This document shows, in pieces, positions 1-10,081 of a stretch of 64,000 bases of DNA. The DNA is from Methanobacteriota archaeon (lineage in GTDB: Archaea > Halobacteriota > Bog-38 > Methanoflorentales > Methanoflorentaceae), in NCBI GenBank assembly GCA_963720465.1, contig OY970393.1:1952001-2016000 (forward strand), written 5' to 3'. The notes under the pieces are model-generated. The model was not told where the DNA came from, made no database searches, and worked only from the letters and a program-made list of their open reading frames with translations. Numbering within the stretch: position 1 is the stretch's first letter; each line of letters begins with the position of its first letter. The position numbers were made by a program, and so were the translations under genes.

Positions 1-438
1 GAATAAGCGCAACGACGATACCCATGACGATCCGACCAAGCTTCGAGCTATTCTAGCGAAAACTCAAATGGCTGCCATCGAGGTCTAGTTTTCTCTGCTG
101 TTCCCAAAGAACTAAATATGTTAATAATTTAGCTATGCAATTATTTAGCTCTTTGTCATTCCTAAACGAATAAAAGAGTCTAAAATTGAGTTTTCTGTGG
201 TGGTCGTAGTGTGCCAGGCAGCGAGTGCCGTCCCACGCAGTCGCTGGAGGATCACAAGACGATCTTGTTGCTGTCCTGCGGGCACCACCTAAGCGATCCA
301 AGGCCAAACCGCGTCGACGGCGTGAAGCTGCCAAAAGCGCTCGCGCACCGTTTCAACGCAGAAGTGAGGATATAAATAGGAACAAAGCAGATTATTGGAA
401 AGTGATTATTCTCCGTCGAAGGGTTAGCAGGTGATCAC

Positions 439-993
439 ATGGACGAGAGACGAATGAAAGGTAGAAAAATGACCACGAGAGAAAATTGGATGCTGGATAC
501 CCTTGCTGATGTCAGACGCGCACTCGACGCTGTGCTTGCGAGCGCTGAGGACCTCTACAAGAGGCTTGTTCCGGAGCCGCAGCGCTCGCGTGCTGAGCAC
601 TTGTACAAAACGTACGTACCCGATTTCATACCAATGCCTCGAGGGCCGGTTAGGACCCCAGACGTAGATATTATCGACGTCGGGACAGAAATTCACCTGG
701 TGGCTGATCTGCCAGGGGTCAAGAAAGAGGACATTGACATCAACCTCACGCCAGACACCATAGAGATTAGTGCCGAATCAAAAGCTGAAATAGCACGTGA
801 GCAGCAACCGTACGCTCGTCGGGAGAGGGGCTATATGGCGTACAAGCGAAGAATGTACTTGCCAGCTTCAGTGATTCCAGACAAAGCTAAAGCGCGATTC
901 AACAACGGGGTCTTAGAGGTTACAATGCCCCGAAAAGAGCCTGTCGAAAAGGTTACAGGCGTCAAAGTGGATATCAAGAATACGGGTGAATAG
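439..993 (+). CDS. Hsp20/alpha-crystallin small heat-shock protein
   Basis: DLPGVKKEDIDI and AKARFNNGVLEVTMPR alpha-crystallin motifs; GGTGA RBS just before the ATG. Confidence 0.92.
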   Translation: MDERRMKGRKMTTRENWMLDTLADVRRALDAVLASAEDLYKRLVPEPQRSRAEHLYKTYVPDFIPMPRGPVRTPDVDIIDVGTEIHLVADLPGVKKEDIDINLTPDTIEISAESKAEIAREQQPYARRERGYMAYKRRMYLPASVIPDKAKARFNNGVLEVTMPRKEPVEKVTGVKVDIKNTGE

Positions 994-1011
994 ATTTAAA
1001 ACGCAGAAAGC

Positions 1012-1039
1012 CGTCCTTTCCATAACGTCCTTTCCATAA
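1012..1039. repeat. 14-bp exact tandem duplication (CGTCCTTTCCATAA x2)
   Basis: Directly visible just downstream of the hsp20 stop. Confidence 0.85.
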
Positions 1040-1386
1040 ATACGGACGTGCACGGCTCTGTGTCAGATTGCTGCAAACGTGAGATAGTTTCGCTTTATTA
1101 ATTTTGGCCTGCGCGCAGGTCTCACGTTTTTGCTAGTGGATCAGCTGGCAGTAATTTGCGCACACCTAGGAAGCTCCTCCTCATAAGCTTCTGGTGCGTG
1201 GCGCGAATGTCGAAGGTCAATAAAATCCACGCGCTTAATAGAATACGGCTTCATCATCTTATATTCCTTCTCGCAAATACATATACAAGGAACGGTGACG
1301 TTGAATAGGCGTTGCGCAGAGGGGTTGTTTACTCTCGACAGACACGTTTTTCTGGTTGGAGAACGTCACACAGGAGAACCACCGAC

Positions 1387-3918
1387 GTGTCATTAGCTCA
1401 TTATCCGGCGTTTTTTACGCCGACAGAAGAAGAGAAGCGTCTTCCCGAGCTAACTGTCTCGATAGGCATCATTGACTCGCAAGTGCGCTTCGCCTTCAAT
1501 CAGAACCGCGTTGCTGATTTGCCGCCAGCGATTCAGGCACAAGTGCGGCAGATGCTAGGTCAGTTTGAACGTGATTTTGCTACGTGGGTTTCCTTGAGTC
1601 ATAATCAGCCAGCGCGAACGCTCCCAGCGCGGGTAGTCCTTGCGACCAGTTCGCCGGCTCTCGACGTTGACACAAACAGCATAGCGTTAGCAAGCGTGGA
1701 CGACAGTGTCATTTATCTGAGCTATGCCGTGCTGCGAGAAGGCGTGCCCGTGGGTTTTCGACTCGGCGTGTTTGCGTACGTGTTTGACTGCCGTGCGCGA
1801 AATGGAAACAACAGAAACCGAGACGAACTCCTCGATGAACTCTCACTGCCGCTTCTCAAAGATCAAGTCAACGTGTTGGGGGCGCCTGAGCGCTATGCGA
1901 TGTTCGCCGACGAAGACTGGTTGGACGCATTGTCCGCGCATTTGGCGAAGAAGCTCTCGCATTTGGGCGTGCAAGCGCCCCCGCTCGCCACCTCAAAGCC
2001 CACTGCGCTTGGCAAGCGAGAAACGCTTTCGCACGAGCCCGATACTGAGCTTTCGGAAGAGCAACGTCAGCGGATAGCCGAGTTAGCCGCGAGAAATAGA
2101 ATAGACAAGGCCCTCCTCCTCAAGAAGATGCGCACGCTCGTGACCATTATCTCAACGGGACTGGGTGAGGATGTTGACATCAGCGTCGTTCCTGGCGAAT
2201 GGTGGGCTTTTGACTATGAGAGTAACACCATAACCTTCCCTCTTGTCGACCTCGTCACAGCACCGCCAGAGAAAATCATCGGCTCCTTGTTGCACGAAAT
2301 CGGCCACTACCAGGTAACGCGTGTCGACGTGAAACATCCGATCTTCATGCGTCTTCTTTCGAGCGAATCATTGCGCTTACTGCTCAACACGTTCGAAGAT
2401 CCGCGCGCAAGTAACTGGATGAAAGCCACGTTTAAAGGAACGGCCCCCTATTTTGATCTCATTTACGACGATCTGTTGTTAGAAGACCTCAGCGTGACAG
2501 CTTACAGCCACAAATTACAGAAGGAGGTGCAAAAATACGCGAATTCAACGATTCAGGCGTACCAGCTGTTCCCGCATCTCGAGTATCTGTTGTGCGTTCT
2601 GTACTTTTGGCGGTTTGGCAGGCTTCCTTCGTACGTGATAAGTCCACAAGTGAGCGCCGCTCTCGAAAGCACGGCTCAGTTTTTTCAATCAATCTTCGAC
2701 CACTATCCCCCCAGTCGCGCGACAGAGCAAGACAAGCTTCGTTACGCACTGGAAGCGGCCGGACAGATACAGAGCCATATTCTAGAGCCGTACGAGAAGC
2801 TGCTCAAGCAAGCCGCCGACAACCTTGCGCTAACTATAGAGCGCGGGCAGCAACCTCTCGGCGAAGGTGAAAACCCGTCTGAAATCAACCTGCAACCACT
2901 GGAGCAAGAAGCGCAGGAGATCCTCGACGAGCAAGCCAAGGAACTCGCCGATCGGTTGTCTGCTAAGCGAAATGTGCCCGAATCGGTTGATGCAGATGTC
3001 CTTGAACAAAAAATTGGGGAGAACAGGGATAGCCTTGAGCACGTGCGGCTCTCAGCACACAAGCCGCACTCCGAACTCACCCGAAGAGATCTTATCGCCC
3101 AGCGCCGGCACCTCGAGTTCGAACGCAGCCGCCGTATGAACGAATACCACCGGGCGTACGCTGCGGTGTCGGGATTGCTGCATATCCTCGTCGGAACGCT
3201 CGAAAATGTGCTCGCAAAGAATCGCAAGCCAAAGTACGAAGGCTACTATGCTTCTGGCCAAAAACCAGATTTGCGTCGTGTGATGGACGTTACGCGCAAG
3301 ATGCAACAGGGCTTGCCAACGACCAAGAAAGATTTCGACGTATTCCTCAAGCGTAGGCGGCCGACTCGGTTGGATCACCGGATTATGTTGCTTTTAGACG
3401 AATCAGGCTCCATGCAGGAACCAAAGCGAACTGCTGCACTGCAAGCGCTTTTACTCTTCATGGAAGCGTTCGATTATCTGGGAATCAACTACGCGATCAT
3501 CGGCTTCGCGGACGCGCCAATCATCCATAAGCCGTTTGGAGATACACTGACTCAGCGTGCTCGTGAGGATGTGTTTGAGGACGTATCTCAGTTTATTCCG
3601 CTCGGGGCAACGGCAGATGCCGACGCGCTCGCGTTAGGGATCGACCTATTCGATCGAGAGCTAGAAGATGTGTATCGCCTCATGATCGTCATATCCGACG
3701 GGGAAGGAAACGTCAACACGACTGGCATAACGTTCAAGGAACTACAAGACGTGGCGGAAACAAAAGCCATAAGCTTGATCGGCATCGGTATCGGCGAACA
3801 GGCAAAAACGATAGGCACGCGGTATGACCATCCGATACAGGTCGCTACTGTTGACGAGCTGCCGTTGACGTTGGGCCGCGTGCTGCAGCAAGAGGTGACG
3901 AGTGATTCATCCTCATAA
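1387..3918 (+). CDS. vWA (MIDAS) protein with central HEXXH zincin-like domain; midasin-tail-like C-terminus
   Basis: LLHEIGH and NTFEDPR motifs; MIDAS IMLLLDESGSM, T and VISDG. Start placed at in-frame GTG 1387 behind an AGGAG RBS (ORF track starts at TTG 1312). Confidence 0.85.
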   Translation: MSLAHYPAFFTPTEEEKRLPELTVSIGIIDSQVRFAFNQNRVADLPPAIQAQVRQMLGQFERDFATWVSLSHNQPARTLPARVVLATSSPALDVDTNSIALASVDDSVIYLSYAVLREGVPVGFRLGVFAYVFDCRARNGNNRNRDELLDELSLPLLKDQVNVLGAPERYAMFADEDWLDALSAHLAKKLSHLGVQAPPLATSKPTALGKRETLSHEPDTELSEEQRQRIAELAARNRIDKALLLKKMRTLVTIISTGLGEDVDISVVPGEWWAFDYESNTITFPLVDLVTAPPEKIIGSLLHEIGHYQVTRVDVKHPIFMRLLSSESLRLLLNTFEDPRASNWMKATFKGTAPYFDLIYDDLLLEDLSVTAYSHKLQKEVQKYANSTIQAYQLFPHLEYLLCVLYFWRFGRLPSYVISPQVSAALESTAQFFQSIFDHYPPSRATEQDKLRYALEAAGQIQSHILEPYEKLLKQAADNLALTIERGQQPLGEGENPSEINLQPLEQEAQEILDEQAKELADRLSAKRNVPESVDADVLEQKIGENRDSLEHVRLSAHKPHSELTRRDLIAQRRHLEFERSRRMNEYHRAYAAVSGLLHILVGTLENVLAKNRKPKYEGYYASGQKPDLRRVMDVTRKMQQGLPTTKKDFDVFLKRRRPTRLDHRIMLLLDESGSMQEPKRTAALQALLLFMEAFDYLGINYAIIGFADAPIIHKPFGDTLTQRAREDVFEDVSQFIPLGATADADALALGIDLFDRELEDVYRLMIVISDGEGNVNTTGITFKELQDVAETKAISLIGIGIGEQAKTIGTRYDHPIQVATVDELPLTLGRVLQQEVTSDSSS

Positions 3919-6900
3919 CTCGTCAAGACGCGACGCTCCAAGGGACAGGCGACGGCCTTCTGAAGTCACCGGCGATAGGTTCACTGCCGCGCTCGGAGCA
4001 TTAATCGCTGCCGTTTATCTCAAACTTAAGCATGACTTTCCCGACTTTTTTACAATTCGGGATTTGAAACGGGCAACTGAAGCAGTGACGCTGTTCCTGG
4101 AGTCTGGCTTAAGCGAGAAAGATGCGTTTGTTGAAGCGTGTCGCTATGGATTCATGCGGGTACGACCCGAGAATGAAAAGATCATCCGTTCAATAGTTGA
4201 AGAGCAACAAAACATCAAAGAAGTGCTAACGGATTTTGAACCGTTGGATCTCACTTCGCAAGCTCCACAGCTGCCCGCGCTGCTCACTTCTCTTTCCGAA
4301 GGCGCGAACTCTTTCGTAGAGATTCTCATCACCTTTGCTGCAAGTCCTCGCATTAAGCCGCTCTTGAGCGCGCTTTACGCGTTAGTGAGTGCATCGGACA
4401 AACAGACCCAGATCGTCGGACGCAAGATCGCATATCAAGTTCTTGTCGCTGATTTTTTGCGCGAGATTATTGTGGAGGAATTGGAAGGCGATTTAACCGA
4501 TGCAGCATGGACTGCACGCCAAGAAGCCGTCGCCGTTCTGGCCTCCGTGTACACGGAGCGCATCAGGGAGGGAAAAGCCGTCGACACGAGTCTTCTCGAG
4601 CTGTTGCTTCGCGATGAATCGTGGGCCGTACGGCAAGCGACCGCCGAAGCACTCGGCACCGTCTACGCAGCACTCATCCAACGAGGCACGGATGTCGATC
4701 TCAAAGCTCTTGAAGCGGCTCTCAGTGATCGATCCTGGGTTGTACGCAAAACAACCGCGAACGCACTCGGCACCGTCTACCCAGCGCTGATCGAACACGG
4801 GAATGCGGTTCAAATGGCCTCTCTGCAGCGCCTGCTGACTGATCACGACACAGAGGTGCGCCAAGCCGCGGTGCGGGCTTTAGGTGTGTCTTATCCAGAA
4901 CTTGTCAAACGCGGCGAGAGCGTTGACATGGACGCGCTCGAGGCCGATCTTGGAGATCGTGACGAGAAATTTCAAGTGGCGCTCATGAATACCCTCGGTC
5001 GCGTTTATGTTTCGCTGCTCGACCGAGGAGTGGTGCCCTCATTATCAAAGCTTGAGCGCGCGCTTGACAGCGAGTTCCTCGGAGTGCGTAAGATGGCAGC
5101 GCAGGTTCTGAGCGCTGTTTATCCGGCGTTCATAAAGCATGACGTGCAGATAAACTTAGCTCAAATTGAACGGGGCCTGGACGGACTGATCGATTACATT
5201 CGGCAAACGACGATAGAGGCCATCGGTATCATCTATCCGGCGCTGATTGAGGTAGGCGTAGCGATAGACGTGTCACGCTTAGAGACTGGGCTTACTGATG
5301 AATATTGGGCCGTACGGCAAGCGACCGCCGAAGCACTCGGCACCGTCTACGCAGCACTCATCCAACGAGGCACGGATGTCGATCTCAAAGCTCTTGAAGC
5401 GGCTCTCAGTGATCGATCCTGGGTTGTACGCAAAACAACCGCGAACGCACTCGGCACCGTCTACCCAGCGCTGATCGAACACGGGAATGCGGTTGACAGC
5501 ACACTGCTCGAGCGCCTTTTGTCAGACTCAAATGACCAGATGCGTCGGACTGCGGCTAGTGCGATGAGCCGCGTTTGCCTCGCCCTAACTGAGCGCGGGA
5601 CCGCCGCCGTAAACGTAGCGCCTCTAGAGCAGCTGCTTACTGATCACGACCCGGGCGTGCGTCGGACAACGATAGAAGCGCTTGGCGCGATATATCCAGC
5701 GCTGCTTCAAAGGGAAGCGGCCTTCGAGGTCAAAGAATTAGAGAAATCGATACACAGCAAACACTCAGGAGTTCGCGTGGCAGCGGCCGAAGCTCTAAGC
5801 AGGGTCTACTCAGCACTCATCGAACGCGGGACCGCCGTAAACGTAGCTCCTCTAGAGCAGCTGCTTACTGATCACGACCCGGGCGTGCGCCGGACAACGA
5901 TAGAAGCGCTCCAACGAGTCTATCCGCGACAAGTCAGTGAGGGCAGGGCCACGCCGCTGCGCGAGCTGGAGCGCGCGCTGGACGACGAGGCGGCCGATGT
6001 TCGCGCTGTCGCGCAAGACCTTTTCGCCAGCGTTGCGCGCGTAGTGTTATCGGGCCAGGAGGAAGCAGGGTTTGCGGAGGCCATTGAAAAGCTGGGGGAG
6101 GAGCTAAACGAGCCATTGTCTGCCCCACTTTCTGGTGCCTATTCGTCTTTTGTTGTGTTGGGAAAAGACTCCCTTCAGGTAGGCCGTCTGACCCTGAAGA
6201 AGAAGCAACTACGCACCAGCACACCGCCGTGCATCGTGACCAAGGCCTCGTACGAGATGCTCTACGCTATCGCTTCAGCGTATCGTCTGCACCACCCGCT
6301 CTTGCTGATGGGGCCGACGTCTACGGGGAAGAGCTTCTTGGTCAAGTGGCTAACTGAGGCGCTGGGCAACCAACACGTCTCGTACACGCTCAACCCGTAC
6401 ATTTCCAAGTCAGAACTCATAGGCGGGATAAAGCCAAACAAACGAGGCATCTTTGCCTGGCAGGATGGGATCATACTCAAGGCAGCCAAGCGCGGCATGT
6501 GCCTCGTTCTCGAAGAGCTCAACCTCGCGACCTCTGAAGTCCTTGAGATACTGAATGACTACCTGATCACCGGCAAGTTTGTCTATTCAGAGGATGGCGA
6601 TCAACGCGTTGTCGAACCATCAAACGAATTCCGGCTGTTTGCCACAGCGAACCCACTGAGTTACGCGCAAAGAGAACGGCTTTCGCAGGTGTTTGTGTCG
6701 AGATTCAAAGTGCACTATCAACCCGAGCTGAGCGAAGAAGACCTCATTGAGATTTTGAGCGGGCTATTCGACATTCCCGCTCATTTGGCGTACTCGGTGG
6801 CGTTTTTCCACACTACCCTGCAGGAACAAGCGGACTCGAAAGTCATCGGCAAGGAGGAAAAAGAGCCATACATATTCAGTTTGCGCGACTTGATACGGCT

Positions 6901-7729
6901 CGGTAGGCGATTAACGCCGGCTATACAGGCGAATGTGCCCGAACCAGAGCTTTTGCAGCTCTTCGCTAGAGAACTATCAGATATTTATGTGGCACGCGTT
7001 CGAAACGGCGACGAACGGGAAGCTCTTGTAAAGCTTGTCGACACGCTCTTTGGCCTTAAAACTAAAAGCACGACCATTGAGGACGTTCTTGCTGTCGGTA
7101 TTGAGCAGCTGGAGCAGTTCTTAGCGGACTTGTCGGTTACTCGCGGTCGCCACCTTATCCCTGGCCAAGAGGCTAACATTGTCCCGACCAAAACCCAGAG
7201 ACATACGCTCGCGAGCGTTGTCAAAGCGCTCTTTTTCAATGAGCCGATTCTTTTGGTTGGCTACCCTGCTTCAGGCAAAACGACGTTGATACGCTACCTT
7301 GCACGAGAGAAGAAAACAGACCTCTACTACGTTAACCTGTCATCAGACTCAGGTCTCGAGGAGCTCTTGGGTGGCTACACGCAAGGCCGCAGCGGCAAAT
7401 GGCACTACAAGCGAGGGCTGCTTTTTAAGGCTATTAAGAAGGGCGCGTGGCTTTTGATTGACGAGGCAAACCTCAATCCTCTCTCTGAGTATCTCAACAC
7501 GTTATTAGACTTCGGCTACGTTGCCGATGAAAAGGGGACCCTCTTTGAACTACATCCCAATTTCAGGTTGTTCTTTTCCATCAATCCTCCTAAAATTCAC
7601 CCGTCGCGAAACGTGCTCTCTCCCGCGCTGCGCACCAGGTTCAACGAGATTTGGATCGAGGAAATCACTGACCCAGAAGAACTATCAGAATTGGTCGAGA
7701 GCTGGAAGCACGCTCAATCGCCGATGTGA
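3902..7729 (+). CDS. HEAT-repeat protein with two tandem midasin/MoxR-type AAA+ domains
   Basis: 38-aa W/xVR HEAT repeats; AAA1 GPTSTGKS/LVLEELN/ATANP/SRF; AAA2 GYPASGKT/LLIDEAN/HPNFRLF/LSPALRTRF; GAGGTGA RBS; overlaps the vWA gene by 17 bp. Confidence 0.88.
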   Translation: MIHPHNSSRRDAPRDRRRPSEVTGDRFTAALGALIAAVYLKLKHDFPDFFTIRDLKRATEAVTLFLESGLSEKDAFVEACRYGFMRVRPENEKIIRSIVEEQQNIKEVLTDFEPLDLTSQAPQLPALLTSLSEGANSFVEILITFAASPRIKPLLSALYALVSASDKQTQIVGRKIAYQVLVADFLREIIVEELEGDLTDAAWTARQEAVAVLASVYTERIREGKAVDTSLLELLLRDESWAVRQATAEALGTVYAALIQRGTDVDLKALEAALSDRSWVVRKTTANALGTVYPALIEHGNAVQMASLQRLLTDHDTEVRQAAVRALGVSYPELVKRGESVDMDALEADLGDRDEKFQVALMNTLGRVYVSLLDRGVVPSLSKLERALDSEFLGVRKMAAQVLSAVYPAFIKHDVQINLAQIERGLDGLIDYIRQTTIEAIGIIYPALIEVGVAIDVSRLETGLTDEYWAVRQATAEALGTVYAALIQRGTDVDLKALEAALSDRSWVVRKTTANALGTVYPALIEHGNAVDSTLLERLLSDSNDQMRRTAASAMSRVCLALTERGTAAVNVAPLEQLLTDHDPGVRRTTIEALGAIYPALLQREAAFEVKELEKSIHSKHSGVRVAAAEALSRVYSALIERGTAVNVAPLEQLLTDHDPGVRRTTIEALQRVYPRQVSEGRATPLRELERALDDEAADVRAVAQDLFASVARVVLSGQEEAGFAEAIEKLGEELNEPLSAPLSGAYSSFVVLGKDSLQVGRLTLKKKQLRTSTPPCIVTKASYEMLYAIASAYRLHHPLLLMGPTSTGKSFLVKWLTEALGNQHVSYTLNPYISKSELIGGIKPNKRGIFAWQDGIILKAAKRGMCLVLEELNLATSEVLEILNDYLITGKFVYSEDGDQRVVEPSNEFRLFATANPLSYAQRERLSQVFVSRFKVHYQPELSEEDLIEILSGLFDIPAHLAYSVAFFHTTLQEQADSKVIGKEEKEPYIFSLRDLIRLGRRLTPAIQANVPEPELLQLFARELSDIYVARVRNGDEREALVKLVDTLFGLKTKSTTIEDVLAVGIEQLEQFLADLSVTRGRHLIPGQEANIVPTKTQRHTLASVVKALFFNEPILLVGYPASGKTTLIRYLAREKKTDLYYVNLSSDSGLEELLGGYTQGRSGKWHYKRGLLFKAIKKGAWLLIDEANLNPLSEYLNTLLDFGYVADEKGTLFELHPNFRLFFSINPPKIHPSRNVLSPALRTRFNEIWIEEITDPEELSELVESWKHAQSPM
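4622..5494 (+). repeat. 189-bp exact direct repeat (4622-4810 and 5306-5494) in the HEAT array
   Basis: Identical by eye; offset 684 bp = 6 x 114-bp (38-aa) units. Confidence 0.9.
5604..5910 (+). repeat. ~79-bp near-exact direct repeat (about 5604-5682 and 5832-5910) in the HEAT array
   Basis: Encodes AVNVAPLEQLLTDHDPGVRRTTIEAL twice; offset 228 bp = 2 units; two synonymous differences. Confidence 0.85.
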
Positions 7730-7965
7730 AACAATAGGCCCTTGGTCGGGGTTTGCCTTAATCGAACCCGTCCTAAGACTCTTGCGAGGGATCTGTTTGC
7801 GACGTGCTGGTTGGCTGATTTCTTAACGGGCTTCGGCGCCGCTGTGCTCAACCCGTCAGGCCCGAACGATGGTCGAGTGTGATTATCGCTGGGTTTATTC
7901 TACGATGCGTGCGGCCCTCCCCTAGTGCAATAACGCTTAAGTAGCCGCCCAGTCACGTTGAGGTA

Positions 7966-8523
7966 ATGACTGAAATTGCGCTCATTTGGGATCGGCCCCT
8001 TCTTTTTGAGAAGCTATTTGTGGAGTACGGTTTCGCGTGCGAGCGCGTCTCTCCATTGCAGGTCGGCAGCGCGTACTCGCCCAAGTTCGAGGTGGCAATA
8101 CTCCCTGTAGGCTTTGGGAATCCCGCTTACAGCACCGTTGCAAAATCAGTGAAAAGCCTGGGAACGCCGCTTCGCGAGTTCGTGCGAAAAGGGGGATCAC
8201 TGGTCGCGTTCAGCCCGTACGTTGACGATTACGACTTCGGGTGGCTTGGTCTTCCGTGCCGGTTCAGGCTGCTACCGCGAGATGAGCTCGTGAAAATGGC
8301 TATGAAGAGGGAACATGCGGCAACACAGATCGTTGATGTCCTTGAGGCCCACACAGATGGCTACCTGACCGGCGCGATAGAACACGACGTGATTCTAGAG
8401 ACAGAAGACGGTGCCGTTTTGACGGTGACGTCGTCAGATAATGGGCGCTTCATATTGTCGACGATTCACGAGTTTCCAGCAAGGCGATTCATCGCGTGGG
8501 CCCTCGAATCAGCGCGAGCATAG
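7966..8523 (+). CDS. Conserved archaeal hypothetical protein, class I GATase-like fold
   Basis: ILPVGFGN...FVRKGGSLVAF pattern and C-terminal STIHEFP; GAGGT RBS. Confidence 0.6.
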   Translation: MTEIALIWDRPLLFEKLFVEYGFACERVSPLQVGSAYSPKFEVAILPVGFGNPAYSTVAKSVKSLGTPLREFVRKGGSLVAFSPYVDDYDFGWLGLPCRFRLLPRDELVKMAMKREHAATQIVDVLEAHTDGYLTGAIEHDVILETEDGAVLTVTSSDNGRFILSTIHEFPARRFIAWALESARA

Positions 8524-8542
8524 CCTGAAAGAGGCATCATCT

Positions 8543-9751
8543 CTAACGGCGTCGCCTGCTGGCGCGCAAGAACCCCAAACTCGCTGCCACCCCGACAGCG
8601 ACTATGACCGGCACCGCCAGCTCACTTACGACCCTCTCGCTATCAAATGTATTCATTTGATCGTTAATCACGCCGCCGTGTGCCATCTCTTGAGACATGA
8701 CTCCCTGGCTCGAGGCAGCTGACGTGCTGACCACGTGCAATGTCGAAGTATCGCGCGGGAGGGTTGCGTCTGAAGATTCGTTGATTACTACGCGCCCGGT
8801 GTCACTTGTGGCGTACGTTTGAATCAGCGTATCTGTAACGTCGCTTGAGTCCGTTCCTACGGCCACTCGCACGTGATGATCGTCAACAAAGCCCAGCGTT
8901 TGTTGTGGTTCGTAGGGCACCCATCCTATGTCAGGATAGTACACCTCGATCCAAGCGTGCGGCCCGGCGTTCCAAGTATAGCCGTACGTCGATAGGTAAC
9001 TACTTATGGTGATATCTCCGCCCACGAGGTAGCCGCTCACATAGCGCGCTGGAATTCCGACGCTCCTCAGCAGTGCCAGTGACAGCTGCGCGTAGTTCTC
9101 GCACGTTCCCCGCTTATTGTAAAATGTCCAGGCCGCGTCGTGGTTCGTCACGCTAGAATCGTATTTGAGATTGTTACGCACCCACAACATTATGGACGTC
9201 ACTGCGGCACTCTCGTAGTGAGCGTTGCTGATAAGGGTTTCCGCGGTTTTTTTGATGGCTGAATCGTTTGATTGCACGTACTTCGAAGGGGCGAGGTATT
9301 CGCTAGCGCTCTGATCAGAAGAATTGAGCCTTATCGGTAGCTGTGAATCTGAGTTCAGCCCCGCAACCTGTACATCGATGGTCAAATTGGCCGCTATCGT
9401 GTAGCTTAATCTTGGTGGCGGGTTTAGCCACGTGGCAGCAATCCCTCCGTTCGTAGCCGTTGCCTGGTCGGGTTTCGTGCTATATGAAATGCTGAATGAC
9501 AGCACTCTCTGCGAGTAGGCGAAGAGACTCGCATTCAGCGCCGTTGGAATCTGGACCACTACCTTTTGAGTTCCTTGGGGAACGATGATGTCGCGCGTTG
9601 TGGTATAGTGTACAGTGCTAGCCATGGCGCCCTGGCAAATCAGGGCGTTTCCCGATACTTGCAGTGGCGCTAAAAAAGCAATCGCAATAAGCGCGCAAGC
9701 AATGATTTTCATTTGGTGGGTACACGGCACAATAAGGGGCAGTCCGCGCAT
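8543..9751 (-). CDS. Membrane-anchored transglutaminase-like protein
   Basis: Signal peptide; RGTCENYA, GIPARYVSGY, HAWIEVY, WVPYEP motifs; C-terminal TM followed by RRRR. Confidence 0.88.
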   Translation of the reverse strand: MRGLPLIVPCTHQMKIIACALIAIAFLAPLQVSGNALICQGAMASTVHYTTTRDIIVPQGTQKVVVQIPTALNASLFAYSQRVLSFSISYSTKPDQATATNGGIAATWLNPPPRLSYTIAANLTIDVQVAGLNSDSQLPIRLNSSDQSASEYLAPSKYVQSNDSAIKKTAETLISNAHYESAAVTSIMLWVRNNLKYDSSVTNHDAAWTFYNKRGTCENYAQLSLALLRSVGIPARYVSGYLVGGDITISSYLSTYGYTWNAGPHAWIEVYYPDIGWVPYEPQQTLGFVDDHHVRVAVGTDSSDVTDTLIQTYATSDTGRVVINESSDATLPRDTSTLHVVSTSAASSQGVMSQEMAHGGVINDQMNTFDSERVVSELAVPVIVAVGVAASLGFLRASRRRR

Positions 9752-10081
9752 GGAGTTTTTTTTGTACGTACTTAAAGGTTGGGCCTCGAATTGCCCGTTG
9801 GTGCCACGTCGCGGGCTTAGTTTTTGAGCCTTATAGGAGTATCCTATGTTAGCTCATCGGCTTTCGGGGTCAACGATCGAGGCTGACCTAAAGCGGTTTG
9901 TTGCGCACGGAGAACGGTTGCCATATCGGAATGCTTATAACTGTAGTTTATCGTTTTTTATCTAGAACGACCGAGGCAATTGTGCTTGAACGCTTGTGCA
10001 ACGATTGTCGTAAACTTCACGTAAGCGGAACGCTAGGTCCGAACCCCGAATTCAATGTTCCAGGCATGAAAGGTCTCTCAC

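Noticed and set aside
1-67. Minus-strand signal-peptide-like frame (LSFR*NSSKLGRIVMGIVVALI) with an in-frame TAG, suggesting pyrrolysine readthrough
   Set aside because: Many clear genes here end in TAG, no pyl genes are seen, an ATG at 25 could start the gene, and it is truncated by the window edge
4622-5494. Exact repeats as a CRISPR array or DGR template/variable pair
   Set aside because: They are in-frame coding repeats with no spacers, no adenine-specific mismatches and no reverse transcriptase or cas genes
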